This document shows, piece after piece, positions 26,568 through 39,999 of a DNA stretch of 64,000 nucleotides (position 1 is its first letter; every line of letters starts with the position of its first letter). The stretch comes from Octopus sinensis (taxonomy: Eukaryota). The notes under the pieces are model-generated. The model saw nothing but the letters and a program-made list of their open reading frames with translations, was not told the DNA's origin and searched no databases. The translations under genes were made by a program, and so were the position numbers. Location of the stretch: positions 21,514,001-21,578,000 of the forward strand of contig NC_042999.1 in the NCBI RefSeq assembly GCF_006345805.1. The letters run 5' to 3'.

Positions 26568-28129
26568 TGGGCATGGTAAATGAGTTCTGCAAAACTTTAC
26601 ATTCAGATGAATATGGTACTTCAGTTGAGGCACCAGATTTGAGAACGGTATTATCCATACAATTTCAAAGTAAGGTGATTAAAATCAAAATAAGCAACAA
26701 GGATATCGAGAGGTAATGCAAATACGATCATTTCATGCAACTCCATTTAATTGAACGATGCTTATTTTGATGTATATATGTATGTATGCATGTATGTATG
26801 TGTGTATGTATGTACGTACGTACACCTGAATATACTTATTTATAAACTACACCTGTTGCTCATTAACCACTGTATCTCGATACCACGCACCATTTCTAAA
26901 CATTTATTTATAAATATTTGAGGGCGTATAAATTAGGGTGTGTATTACAGCACTACGTAACATGTAGGGAATCTGCCTGCTTTAACACAACTGTATTATT
27001 AACGAGTATATGGTTGAGTATTGATTTATTAACGATTATAAGGGTAAGTATTGATTTTAAAAACCAACAAACGCGCGCTTGCACACACACAATCACAAAC
27101 GCACAAAATCACACACATATGCACAGATATACTTTCACTGACACACAGACGAAAATAAATACATATTGACACTCAAACATATTTCTATCAGAAGACATGG
27201 GTTTCTGCATTTGAACGTGCATTATGTGATCGAGTTTTCATCTCTATTTATGCAACTAACAACAGAGAATGAAGGAAGCATTCATTTATTTAGATGGAAT
27301 TAACATTAAACTGGTAGATAAGTATTTAAATGCATTCTCACTTTCCTGTAATTCTTAGTAATTACAAATCTTCTGAAAACCAATTAGTAAAATAACTAAT
27401 GACATGTCTCATGTATGCTATATGAGGTCAACGCGTTTAAGTATTTGAATACCATAATTCGAGTAGTCTTTTATTTCTCTGTTTTAAGGTTTAACGGCAG
27501 TATAATTGGATTTATGGATGGAGAGATAGTAAGTAACTAATACACTAGCTTAAGTGTGTATCTTCGGCTGCTGAGTTGTAATTACGTCGTGATTGAGCAT
27601 ATTTAATTAACTCACTGTACATCGATGTATGTATGCATGTATGTATGTATGTATTATATATGTAGGTTTATGTAGGTGTATGTTTGTGTGCATAGAGAAA
27701 TGCATTGCTATGATTACGTAAATATTTCTACAATGACAAGCGATTACTAGAGAGCTCAATAAAATGAACATATTATGTATAAAGCAATAATACAGTGTTG
27801 TGTACGTACAGCTGAAAGAAAGAGATACTGAGAAAATAATGGCAAGGATTGTATCTTCTTTTGGTTTTTGTCTTTTTCTTATTTAAGTCATTGGATTAAA
27901 GCCATGCACGGACACACATTTGAGGGGTATAGTCGAATTACCTTAATCTTAGTAAGTTATTCTATCTAACTCCTTCACCGACCCGGAAAGTTAAGGGTAT
28001 ATACACAACCCAAAACAGGTTTAAAAAGTGGTGCTTGTAGTTATGGAACACAGAAGTGAGTCTCTCAGGTCTCTTGTCAACATAGGATAATATTACACAT
28101 AAAGTGTCTCCGCACCTATGCTCGGCGGG

Positions 28130-28698
28130 TGGTCGGAAATACGGTACCAATTCTGTAGGCTTTTACTCCACTCTAAATTCTGAAATGTTTGTTTTTGAAT
28201 GTAGTGGTTTTCTGATTGCAACCCTCCCATAAAATCTGGCTTTGTGCAGCTCGCGCCGAACAGTTTTTTTGGAAACTGGGTTCTGGAGGTGGTCATTAAG
28301 GTCTACAGTAATTTTGGGAGCTTTACTTTGTTTTGGTTTTCTTCAGAGTTTCGACGAGGAGGTTTATCCCTCTTTCCCAAAGGCTGTAATTACTTTCGAG
28401 ACGGTAATTCTTGATACATCAAACATTTCAGCTGTTTTCTTTACGCTAGCGCATGCTATATACGAGCATCAACAATTTGACCTCTTTGAAAGTCCGATAG
28501 ATCTGTCATTTTAATGAATTTTAATTACCTTTTTCTGATGATATCTGAAAAGAAACAGCAATGTTAGCAAAACATATAAAGTAACACTAATAATAAATAA
28601 AAAAACATAAAAATAAACAAGCTTTTGAAGATTTTATAGATATTTCAAAACTATGATGCTATGATGCTAAGTGTTCCCATTATTTTGTCCAACCCCTG
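28130..28698 (-). mobile_element. Tc1-like transposon 5' part
   Basis: TA|CAGGGGTTGGACAAAATAATGGGAACAC TIR; MTDLSDFQRGQIVDAR...TAEMFDVSRITVSKV...KTVRRELHKARFYGRVAIRKPL with frameshifts. Confidence 0.9.
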
Positions 28699-28704
28699 TA
28701 TATG

Positions 28705-28777
<73 letters not shown>

Positions 28778-28817
28778 GCATATATACGTACATTTATTAT
28801 ATATACCTACGACACAC

Positions 28818-28868
<51 letters not shown>

Positions 28869-30943
28869 TGTGCATACTTAAGGACATGATACATGTATAT
28901 TCTCACATGTGCTTGTATGTGTGTATCTGCATGCGTGTATGTATATGTATGCGTGTGTGTATATGTGTGCGTACACGCGTATGTGTGTGTGTGTGTGTGT
29001 TCTTTTTGGAAAAACGTATCCTGCACCAAATTGGTTTTATCATTCTACAATTTGCAGCAGGAAATAAAATGGTAATGGAAGTTAAACGACAAGCTTCTTG
29101 AATACATGTAAAAATTCTTCAATATCAAATCCAGACATTATCAGATGCATACAAGATCCCAGTTTGCAAATATACGAAAGAAGTTTCTAAACGCATTTTT
29201 CTAAATAACATACTCTTTACGGAAAAGTATGTTATCAGGGTATCCCAAATTTATAGATTCTTCAAACGCCTTCTTCATAACAAAAATTGCATAAATACCC
29301 GATTCACGCAAAGGTATTACTCAAAAGTTTGTATACATATAAGGCTACGTAAAAGAAATCGATTGGATACAAACGTATAGAATGGATTTAAATTTAAAGA
29401 ACGTACAGTTTAGCTACTGGCGTATAAATATACGGATAAACATAAAACATGAAATTGCCTCTGTTATTCATTTCTGTTGTTTTTATTATTTATTATATTA
29501 TTATCAATGTAGTGTAATATATTAAAAGATGTCTGGGTACAATGAGGTGGAGAATAAAAATTTTCTTTATTATATAATATACATAGAATATTGTAGACGT
29601 AATTGGTTTCATCTTACTAGAATATTCTGAAGGAAATAAATCGGTAATCGAATGTAGGCGTCAAAATTATTCAATATATAAAATTCTACCATATAAAATT
29701 CAAAGATTTCCAGACACGAAGAGATCCGATTTCCCAATTACAATAAAAATTTCTGAAGTTCTACTTCATATAACGTAACTTTCTCTTTACGGAATAAAGT
29801 TAATAAAGAGAAAGTGAAACTTATATATTCTTAAACTGTTGTTATAAAGTCATAAAGCTACGTCAGCGCACGATAAATGTGGATACATATTTTTCGAGAT
29901 ATATGTGTGCGTGTGCCTCTGCGTGTTTGTATGTGTGTGTGTGTGCATATGTGTGTATGTGTGTGTGTGTGCCTCTGTGTGTATGTGTGTGTGTGCCTCT
30001 GTAGGTTTGTATGTGTGTATGTGAGTGTGTGTGTAGGAGGTCGGAGGTGCTTTTTGCGAATAACAAGAACACTCCGAGAGCCCAAACCTCCGCCAAAGCA
30101 GCACAAACGTCCTCTTAACGATTAGGCAGAGATGATTTCTGAAATGATAATACCTAAAATAAATTCGACTGCTCTCACAAACGAGAATATTAAAAATGAT
30201 CCCGACCGCTCTCAAAAATTAAGTAAAAACAGTGCTTTACCGTTGTGAATTCGTGTCACATGACTGTCCCCTGGGAAATTTTCCTGCAAAAACTTGAATA
30301 TTTTATCCCGTTCATGCTATACTGTTAGCATTATTCTACGTTTGAAAATTAATTATTTCTGTATTTTTCAATACATCTCAACGCTGCTAAATAAAAACAG
30401 ACTATGTTTACTTTCATTGTAATTTGAATTTAATATCAGCGTCTTATGAAGCTAGATTTATACGATCAAAAATTTCATATTAATTTGTCAAAGGGCAGTT
30501 TAGCTAAATGTTTAGCAAAGCGCCGCGACCGGTAATCTGAGAAATGTTAGTTCGGGCCATATGGCTGGACGCTGGCAAGTTTTTTCTACAAATATATGGA
30601 TATTTTACCCTGTTTTTACAACTCTGTTAGCATTAATTTGCGCTTGAGAATTAATTATCTATGTATATATATATATGCAAGAACGTAGGCGTAGGTTTAT
30701 ACAGATAGATAGTCATTCGTACATACATACTTTCATTTATGAATATGCTTATATACATCTTTCTCTAAAATAATGGCATGTAGAGTACTCCAAGTTAGCA
30801 AAAAGCACTTTTCCAAGAAGCTGGAAGATCTAGCTGACTCCGCTGATTTTATTACATGTAATCTACTTTATATCATGTATGTTTCGTACTTAATTCTAAT
30901 ATTTATTCGCTGAAAAAAATTTTAATATTTTTCTTTTATTTCA

Positions 30944-30994
<51 letters not shown>

Positions 30995-31019
30995 TATATA
31001 TAATATATATATATATATA

Positions 31020-31190
31020 GGTAAAAACGGTAAGATAACAAAAGAAAGAAAGAGACCTCAATATTATGTAAATAGAGGAAATTTATCTATAAAATAATAT
31101 GTTACATTACTCAATAGTAAAAGTGGATTTCCACTTCGGCATCTGAAACTCAGAGTTTTATCTTGACTATTGAGTAAATGCAACATATAT
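31020..31190. mobile_element. Fold-back PLE pLTR-like element with the 3' half of a hammerhead (31145-31162)
   Basis: Arms 31097-31118 and 31166-31188; spacer contains GAA-ACTC(A)GAGT-T-TTATC; (TA)n on both sides. Confidence 0.7.
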
Positions 31191-31202
31191 ATATATATAT
31201 AT

Positions 31203-31715
31203 AATTACATAAATTTTTATTCCAAGAAATAAATATTTAATTAATCTGTTTAAAAAAATTGTTTTTAATGACATAGTTATCCAAAATGTTGTTTACGCAA
31301 GCAATTTATTTTCTTATTTGTATTTCGTTCTGATGCTAATTTTGAATCGCTAGCAACATGTAGCAATTATTATAACACTCTGCGGTTTATTTTGACATCT
31401 ATCAACATAGATTTTATATATATTTGCATGCCGTTCCACTTTATAAAGTTGAACGAATCATTAGCAATATACGCGGCGATTCCGGTGCGATAGAATGTTT
31501 GGCGAAATGCTGCTTGGCATCTATTTTTGTTTCATTGAGCTGTGATTCCAGATTCTGTTGAAACTATTTCTATCTGTTACTCCAGAATCGAATCGATTGA
31601 ATAATTGAAATTTCAGTTCTGTGTTCGGTTCAGGTGCATATTCCTATCCTCCTAAATCCAAAACCGATGCTTATACTGCCAATTAATATCAGCTGTGATC
31701 TGAATATTTGAATAA
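31203..31715 (+). repeat. Unclassified ~510-bp repeat; inverted homologue at 40000-40500
   Basis: Shared blocks, e.g. GCAATTATTATAACACTCTGCGGTTTATTTTGACATCTATC and TTTGCATGCCGTTCCACTTTATAAAG. Confidence 0.85.
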
Positions 31716-31827
31716 GTTTAGATATTTAAAAATATATACATATATAGGATTCTGTATGCATGCGACTGATAGTTATTTTGGTGTATTTGTAACTGATCTC
31801 ATCTCGTCCGATTTCGTTTCTCTTAGC

Positions 31828-32240
31828 TTTTACTCGTTTACTTTTTTACTTGTTTCAGTCATTTGACTGCGGCCATGCTGGAGCACCGCCTTTAGTCGAA
31901 CAAATCGACCCCAGGACTTATTCTTTGTAAGCCTAGTACTTATTCTATCGGTTTCTTTTGCCGAACCGCTAAGTAAGGGGACGTAAACATACCACCATCG
32001 GTTGTCAAGTGATGTGGGGGGGGGGAACACAGATACACAAATATATACACACACAAATATATATATACATACATACGACGGCCTCTTTCAGTTTCCATCT
32101 ACCAAATCCACTCACAAGGCTTTGGTCAGCCCGAGGCTATAGTAGAAGACACTAGGCCAAGGTGTCACGCAGTGGGACTGAACCCGGAACCATGTGGCTG
32201 GTAAGCAAGCCACATACCACACAGTCACTCCTGCGCCTAC
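31828..32240 (-). mobile_element. SINE family X, full length
   Basis: Head GTAGGCGCAGGAGTGACTGTGTGGT, B box GGTTCAGTCCC, GTAAA tail. Confidence 0.92.
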
Positions 32241-32919
32241 AGAAATATATTGCGTTTATTTTAACACTCTACCCACTGGTATTTTCGTGGGCGAAAAATC
32301 GCAGCTACGGCGTTTATACAATACCCACATTATATATTATATAATATTGTTAATGTTTAGATTATTTTGTGAATTTATTCTACTTATGCAACGGCGTAGA
32401 CAGTTAGCGAGTTGTTTATGTACTTTTCAGTCTAGTTACGTCTACTTCCTTTCGGAAGTGACAAGAGTTAGCGGCACTGAAAAACAGCAAAGACAGTAAA
32501 ATGCGTATTGTGCCGCTATCGTAGTAAATTGTGACGGGATTCCGTTTCGACTAACTCCGCAGTATATTTTGTTTGCTTGCAAAATGAATCTTTGAAAAGA
32601 ATTTTCTCGGACGAAAATCCGCAGATTCTAGCGTTTAAATCACACCTTTATGTCGAGTATTTAAAATTGATTGCACCCAAACTCACTCACAAACGCAAAA
32701 CACAAACACATACACATACAAACACACACACACACACACATATATATATATTTATATGTATGCGTTTCGGTGTGAGCACACACACACACACAAAATATTT
32801 CTTTCCCTCTCGCTCTCGCTCTCTCTCTCTCTCTGTCTCTGTATATATATATGTGAATCTTTACACACACAAAGACACACAAACACATACACACACACAC
32901 ACACACACACACCACACAC

Positions 32920-32974
<55 letters not shown>

Positions 32975-33201
32975 GAGAGACAGAGAGAAATGAGGGAAAG
33001 AAAGATTTTGAAGAGGAATCTAGAGAAATAGAAATATATACGTTTCTATAATTTTTTAATCGGCAAGAAAACTGCAAAACTAACCCAAGAGCTATGCACG
33101 AAACTTTCAGCATCTGAGTCACCTTTGTAACTTTTTAGGTAATTACGTATAAATGCACACTCGTGTATATATGTATGTGTATGCATGTGTATATGTATAT
33201 A

Positions 33202-33244
<43 letters not shown>

Positions 33245-33710
33245 CCAGACGCATTACAGACACTTGGCATCATTGAAAACTGAGCTCGAATATAATGAAA
33301 CAATGGACGACATTAATCGACCCTATAAACGGTGAGAATTCGAAATATTCCCCTCTAACTCATAAACCGGTCAAGAGAAATGCAGTGCGATTATTCACAT
33401 GAAATATCTGTGAAAGCATTAACAACAGTTGACTTATTGTCTGAATCGTATTTTGTGGTTTTCCTGTTTGCTCTGGCGTGAATTTGCCAGTGGATTATGA
33501 ACGTTTTAAGACCGAAAGGAAACCAATAAAATGAAATACCGAAGACATTATTTCAGTTCATACGTTCATAGCAATTGAAAAGAGCCATAGCCAACGTATG
33601 TGGAGGAACCGACTATTTGCTTGCTATTTAAATGTTTTAGAATATTTTATCTCAGTCGTTTAGCCTCTGTATTGGGCAGTATTTCAGTACAAACACACAC
33701 ACACACACAG

Positions 33711-33755
<45 letters not shown>

Positions 33756-33988
33756 GTATGTTTTTGTGTGTCTGTGTGTGTGTATATATATGTGTGTACG
33801 AGTGAGTGGCCAAATGAGATAAAAATCATTCAACATTTGCCGTAAGAGCTAATGTGTGTGTACAAGTATATATAAACACACACACACATATATACATATA
33901 CATACGTATATACATGCATACATGCATACATATATATACATATATACACATATACATATATATATATACACACACACACACCACACAC

Positions 33989-34019
<31 letters not shown>

Positions 34020-34056
34020 TATATATATATATACACATATATATGTATACATGCAC

Positions 34057-34113
<57 letters not shown>

Positions 34114-34226
34114 TATACAAACATATATAAATTGATATTCGGGTAATACGAATTGCCCAGTGGATTAATTTTTGCAGCCTTGGAGTTCGCTGCTTGTAAA
34201 TAGTTATTGTGAGGTGGTAATCTTAC

Positions 34227-34444
34227 CACGTTGATGTTTCGTACCTCTCAATAGACAGCTTTATCTTCTCTAAATACCGTGCCAGGCTTCTCCAGGACCA
34301 CGCTCGGCATCTAAGAGCCTTACCACCACAGGGCAACCTGGGATAGTTCAGTTTAGCATTCAGATCCTGAGGTGCAATTTGGCGGCTTCTTGTTTGAATA
34401 TTCTTGGAGGTTTCATTCATTGTACTACTGCATTTTGTCTGCAT
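34227..34444 (-). CDS. Candidate exon, product unknown
   Basis: ttttacttctcgctgttttAG acceptor, 218-bp open frame MQTKCSS...NYPRLPCGGKALRCRAWSWRSLARYLEK..., TG|GTAAGA donor, raised GC; an alternative plus-strand reading exists. Confidence 0.45.
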
Positions 34445-35400
34445 CTAAAACAGCGAGAAGTAAAATTATAAAATCCTGACAAAAAGGCTTGGGGATCATA
34501 TTTGCGACGTTCTTTTGGCGGACTGGATTTCCGGCATCACCCTGTACACATAAAGGGTTACAAATCGCCTTGAAACATAATTATCACTGGATGCACCACG
34601 TTCACTTCAAAGATATTGATAGTCAGATAGCCAGAGCTACTATAAACTTTTATTGCGCATTTATCTTCAAAAAACAGAACGCGTGATACGCGTTTGAGGA
34701 TGACTGGTTTGATGCAGAGTTATTTCAAGGTTGGTATTGAGATAAATACATTACATTATTTTATTGTGGTGCATTTAACAGTGTTCGTACCCTTTTTTAT
34801 TTTATTTTGTATAGTATGGCAAATATGTTTAAATAGTGTTTAGCAGGTTGAGCGACTGGGAACAGACACCTTTCTTCATTTGGAAAACACTACCTATGAA
34901 GTTATTAGTAAAAGTTATATTGTTTTGTTGTTTTTCATAAAAATCAATTTGTAGCCTTGCTGGGTCATTGACATGTTAACATTTGATTATTATTGTATTG
35001 AATGTTTGCACACAAAAGAGAAATAATATTTATTTCAGATATTAGACAGTCATGATCAAAGGTAAATGAACAGTTATTTGAATTGGCGATAAAGACTGTT
35101 CATAGTCACTGACCTCTACCTAGTCCACACTATCTTTCTTTTCTGAAATATATTGTTGCTATTTTGCATTATATTGCTGCTACAGTATTATTAAGTTTTT
35201 CCTCACCTCGCCTGTTTATCACACGTTTTTACGATTATAGTCAGCCCAATACCATACAGCTTGGTTTATAATTTCTGTTCTATACTTTTATAGAATTTTA
35301 CGTTAAGTTCATTTATTTTTGTTTTTAATTCCATAACATTGGAATGGCATAACGTTAGGATTTTCATTTCATGATACAGATTCGAAACATCTGTAATATA

Positions 35401-35683
35401 TCACGTGATCACGTGACCGACTAGGCTATCAGATGTTGCTAAACATCGCTGGTCACAATGCGCTTCGCATTGTTTTAGCCTTCAAATGACGCCACCCACA
35501 AAGAAGAGTGAGAGAAAGATGTGGCGGAAGAGTACAGCAGGGGTCGCCACCCCACCCTGCCGGAGACTCGCGGAACTTTAGGTGTTTTCGTTCAATAAAC
35601 ACTCACAACGCCCGGTCTGGGAATCGAAAGCGCAATTCCATGACCCCGGGTCCGCTGCCCTAACCACTGGGACATTGCGCCTC
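35401..35683 (-). mobile_element. tRNA-derived SINE
   Basis: Head GAGGCGCAATGTCCCAGTGGTTAGGG, B-box-like TTCGATTCCC. Confidence 0.85.
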
Positions 35684-35685
35684 AT

Positions 35686-35750
<65 letters not shown>

Positions 35751-35774
35751 TATATATACCTATATCTATATATG

Positions 35775-35839
<65 letters not shown>

Positions 35840-35840
35840 G

Positions 35841-35876
<36 letters not shown>

Positions 35877-35877
35877 T

Positions 35878-38877
35878 CCATCAATGCACAAAAATGGAAG
35901 GTCCAATTCATTGAAGACTGGGTTGGTAAGCATTCACACCACATCCCTTTCTTCATTCTCACTGAGACCCACCTTGACAACTCCTACTTGGAAGCCGAAG
36001 TGAGAGTGAAGAATTTCACAACCATCCGCGCGGATCGTATCGGCAGGAGGAAGGGTGGAACTGCCATTTTCCTGCATGATTCATTTACGGCAGATGGAAA
36101 TAGTATATTCTCAAACGGCTACTGTGAATCAGTCACCGTGCACAACAAAGCCAATGACCTGACAGTAATTGGGCTCTATAGGCCACCCCAAACACCCATA
36201 CTGTGCTTTAAAGAATGCCTCAACAGCATTAAGTGCTTTATTCAACAGTGCCATTCTAGCAACATACTCATGATGGGAGACTTCAATCTACCCTGTGTTG
36301 ACTGGACTACAAACTGTTTGAGACCAAGCACTCCGCCTCAACCGCTGACAAAGAAGCAGCAGAGTCACTTTTCGACTTTACGAATGAGTTTTTCTTGTCC
36401 CAACTTGTCCTTGCACCAACAAGACATCAGAACATTTTGGACCTAGTGTTTAGTAACCACACTAACACTATACATAACGTTACAGTGGAAAAACCCTTCT
36501 TTCAGACCATGACATGGTTCTCTGTAACATGAAATTCCACCAGCCGAAAGCTAATCCTAGTGACCTTCCTCCAGCCCACCCATTTGACAACATGGATCTC
36601 CATAAAGCCAACTGGGATGCAATCAGGAACGAGCTATCAAATGTTGACTGGTCCTTTACACAAACACACATCTCCACCAACCATAAAACATCTTGGCAGA
36701 TCTTTGTAGACACCGTCACAGACATATGTGCAAAACACTCCCCACCAAGACCTGTGAACAAAAACTGCAGAATCCCCCAAAACAGAAAAACCATTATCAG
36801 GAAAATAAAAAGAACAAACAAAAAAATTAACAAACTAAAGTACTGCCAACAGCAACACACACATTCGACGGCTATCGCACTGCTTGAATCCAACAAATAT
36901 AACCTCCAACAATGCATGAAGACCCTCATCAATAACCAAAGATCAGCTGAGGAGAAGTGGGCCATTGAAAAAATCAAACTCAACCCCAAAGTGTTCTTTC
37001 CATTTGCGAGGAAACGCAGGGTCACTGTCTCCACTGTAGGCCCTCTAATTGACGAAACTGGCACTCTCCAAGATAATGCCAAATCCATGGCCGAGATACT
37101 GCAGAAACAATACTGCTCTGTTTTCAGCAATCCTGATATGGGCGATCTGGGCTGTATCAGTGATGTCAACCCCAACACACTATATCGGACATAACGTTTA
37201 GTGCCCCTGATGTCTTAGCGGCGATAAACGAAATAAAACACAATTCAGCAGTAGGCCCCGATAGGTTCCCTGCTTGTGTCCTGAAGGTGTGTCGACACCA
37301 ACTTGCATCTCCCCTTGCTAATCTGTGGAGAAACTCACTGGATGCTGGCTATATTCCAAAAAACCTTCTGTCCCAGTCTGTTGTCCCAGTTTTCAAAAAG
37401 GGAAACAAGTCCCTTGCAGTGAATTACCGTCCGATCTCACTCACCTCTCATATCATCAAGGTATTTGAGAGGGTGGTGAGATCTCGAATAACCCAATTTC
37501 TGGAAAGCAACAGACGGCTGATCTCCAACCAACATGGGTTCCGTAATGGAAGGGACTGCCTAACGCAGCTCCTGCATCACTTTGAGGACATTTTGAGAGC
37601 TTTGGGAGAGGGCTCCAACACCGATGTCATCTACCTTGATTTCAGTAAGGCCTTCGACAGGGTCGATCACAAGATCCTATTGAAAAAACTATCCAACATT
37701 GGTTGTCTCTGGAAAGTTACTGAAATGGATTAAGTGTTTCCTGACAGACAGATCTCAACATGTTGTAGTTGAAGGGGTAAAATCAAGCCCAGCCAAAGTC
37801 AGTAGTGGCGTTCCGCAAGGCACTGTGCTGGGCCCACTTCTTTTCATCATTTACATTAATGACATTAATGACATCATCAAGCACAGCAACATAAAAATCT
37901 TTGCAGATGACTCCAAGCTACAGAAGGTCATAAATGAGGCGAGTGACCGGACATGCCTTCAGTCAGATCTACTGGCTGTTATCCAATGGGCAGAAAAAAA
38001 CAATATGCTGCTGAACGAGGATAAATTTGAGCTAATCCACTTTGGAAAAGAGGATGCCCTGAAACTCCCATACTCCCTTCCTTCAGGTGAAACTCTCGCG
38101 GCGTCCAACAACATCAGAGACTTGGGAGTAATTGTGGACAACAACGTAAGCTGGGCCACTTATATAAACACCAAAGTTGACATGGCCCGCAGAATGTGTT
38201 TCTGGATTCTCAGAACTTTCCAGTCGAGAGATATCCACACCATTATCCTTCTCTTCTCCACTTCTGCCCGACCCCACCTTGAATACTGTTGTCCACTGTG
38301 GTCTCCCCACACAATACAAGGTATCATAAAAGTTGAAGCACCTCAAAGGGCAATCACAAAAATGATAGATGGCATGACAGGCCTCGACTATTGGGGTCGA
38401 CTAGAAAAGCTAAAACTCTATTCTCTCCAACGTCGTCGTGAGCGCTACATCATCTGCATGATGTGGAATATATTCCATCAGCATTGCCCAAATGATGTTG
38501 GCATCACCTTTAAGGTACATCCAAGGCTTGGGCCCCGTGCCATCCGCCCAAAACGAAAATCGCACTCTCATCTCATAACAACAATACGGCACAATTATTT
38601 CACCTCAATTGGCCCCGCTCTCTTTAACATTACACCAAAACACATTAAAACAGAAACTGACCCTATAGGGTTCAAGAAGTCTTTGGACAGATTCCTTCAA
38701 GAAATCCCGGATAAACCCCCTACACCCGGATATGTCTCTGTAAACAATAACTCTCTACTTGAGTGGGCCATAGTGCCCAAATTCTGACTTGAAAGACTTC
38801 ACCAGGTAGTGCTATTAAGTTAGACATGGCCTGGGCCAATAATGGCCGAAACCTATCAAAGTATCAAAGTATCAAAG
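35878..38877 (+). mobile_element. CR1-clade LINE, near-complete ORF2 (APE endonuclease + reverse transcriptase), frameshifted
   Basis: LTETHL, YRPP, MGDFNLP, NILDLVF (APE); NYRPISLTS, QHGFR, YLDFSKAFD, GVPQGTVLGP, FADD at 37900-37911, RPHLEYC; stop at 38787; (TATCAAAG)3 tail. Confidence 0.95.
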
Positions 38878-38908
38878 TATATATGTGTATATATATATAT
38901 ATATATAA

Positions 38909-39002
38909 GACCCCGGGACTTATTCTTTGTAAGCCTAGTACTTATTCCATAGGTCTCTTTTTCCGAACCGCTAAGTTACGGGGACGTAAACACAGACACA
39001 CA
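38909..39002 (-). mobile_element. SINE family X internal fragment copied from 39651-39742
   Basis: Shares the same internal deletion and the CTCTTTTTCCGAAC variant. Confidence 0.8.
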
Positions 39003-39490
39003 GAATACAGAATGATACCTTTTAGTGAGCACATTGAGAAATGCGCAAAGCAACTACTACCACAATTTTTAATCTTTCCATTTTACCAATGTGCTATCGG
39101 ATCATCAACACAAATTAGACTAAACAAGGAAACATTCTTCATAGAAAAGTACAAGCCCAGACTTAACCATGCCAACATACTGATACAGAGAAATTCACAC
39201 CAAGGGAAAATAAAAAATTTTAAGCGATTATCTCCCTTACACCGGAAGAAATCACTCATTACCTCCCCTTATTTAGAACTCTTTTAAACATAAACATAAC
39301 GATAACTCTATTCAACATAAACATAACGTCGCAAGAAATTTGAAAAGCTAAACGCGAAACCGGTCTTTCTTCTAAATTATGTCATTGTAAGGAAAAAAAT
39401 TTTGTAATATTCTTCAGATTATTGACGCAAATATATATATATTTTTTAACCTTTATGCCTTCTGTAGTTTTTTCACTTGTTACTATTTTA
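39003..39490 (+). mobile_element. Penelope-like element 3' end: GIY-YIG C-terminus plus pLTR with decayed hammerhead
   Basis: FSEHIEKCAKQLLPQFLIFPFYQC...IRLNKETFFIEKYKPRLN; downstream AAGAAA-TTTGAAAA-GC(TAAAC)GC-GAA-ACCGGT-C^TTTCTT at 39333-39371; ends in (TA)n. Confidence 0.75.
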
Positions 39491-39494
39491 TATA

Positions 39495-39568
<74 letters not shown>

Positions 39569-39572
39569 TGTC

Positions 39573-39762
39573 TTTACTCTTTTACTCTTTTACTTGTTTC
39601 ATTCATTGACTGTAGCCATGCTGGAGCACCGCCTTTAGTCAAGCAAATCAACCCCGGGACTTATTCTTTGTAAGCCTAGTACTTATTCAATCGGTCTCTT
39701 TTTCCGAACCGCTAAGTTACGGGGACGTAAACACAGACACACAAACATATACACATACATAT

Positions 39763-39845
<83 letters not shown>

Positions 39846-39995
39846 TTATTTATATATATATACGACGGGCTTTTTTCAGTTCCCGTCTACCAAATCCACT
39901 CACAAGCCTTTTGTTGGCCCGAGGCTGTAGTAGAAGACACCTGCCCAAGTTGCCACGAAGTGGGACTGAGCCCGGAACCATGTGGTTGGTGAGCA
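39573..39995 (-). mobile_element. SINE family X
   Basis: Homology to the other copies. Confidence 0.9.
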
Positions 39996-39999
39996 TATC

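Noticed and set aside
26566-26713. Open frame ending at AG|GTAATG
   Set aside because: No acceptor (abuts a (TG)n tract) and no recognisable product
29010-29320. Hydrophobic minus-strand peptides vaguely like a 7TM receptor
   Set aside because: Multiple stops and no diagnostic motif; AT-rich sequence readily gives such peptides
30299-30660. ~60-bp loose direct repeat (CTGTTAGCATT...AATTAATTAT)
   Set aside because: Too degenerate to classify; probably subunits of an old repeat
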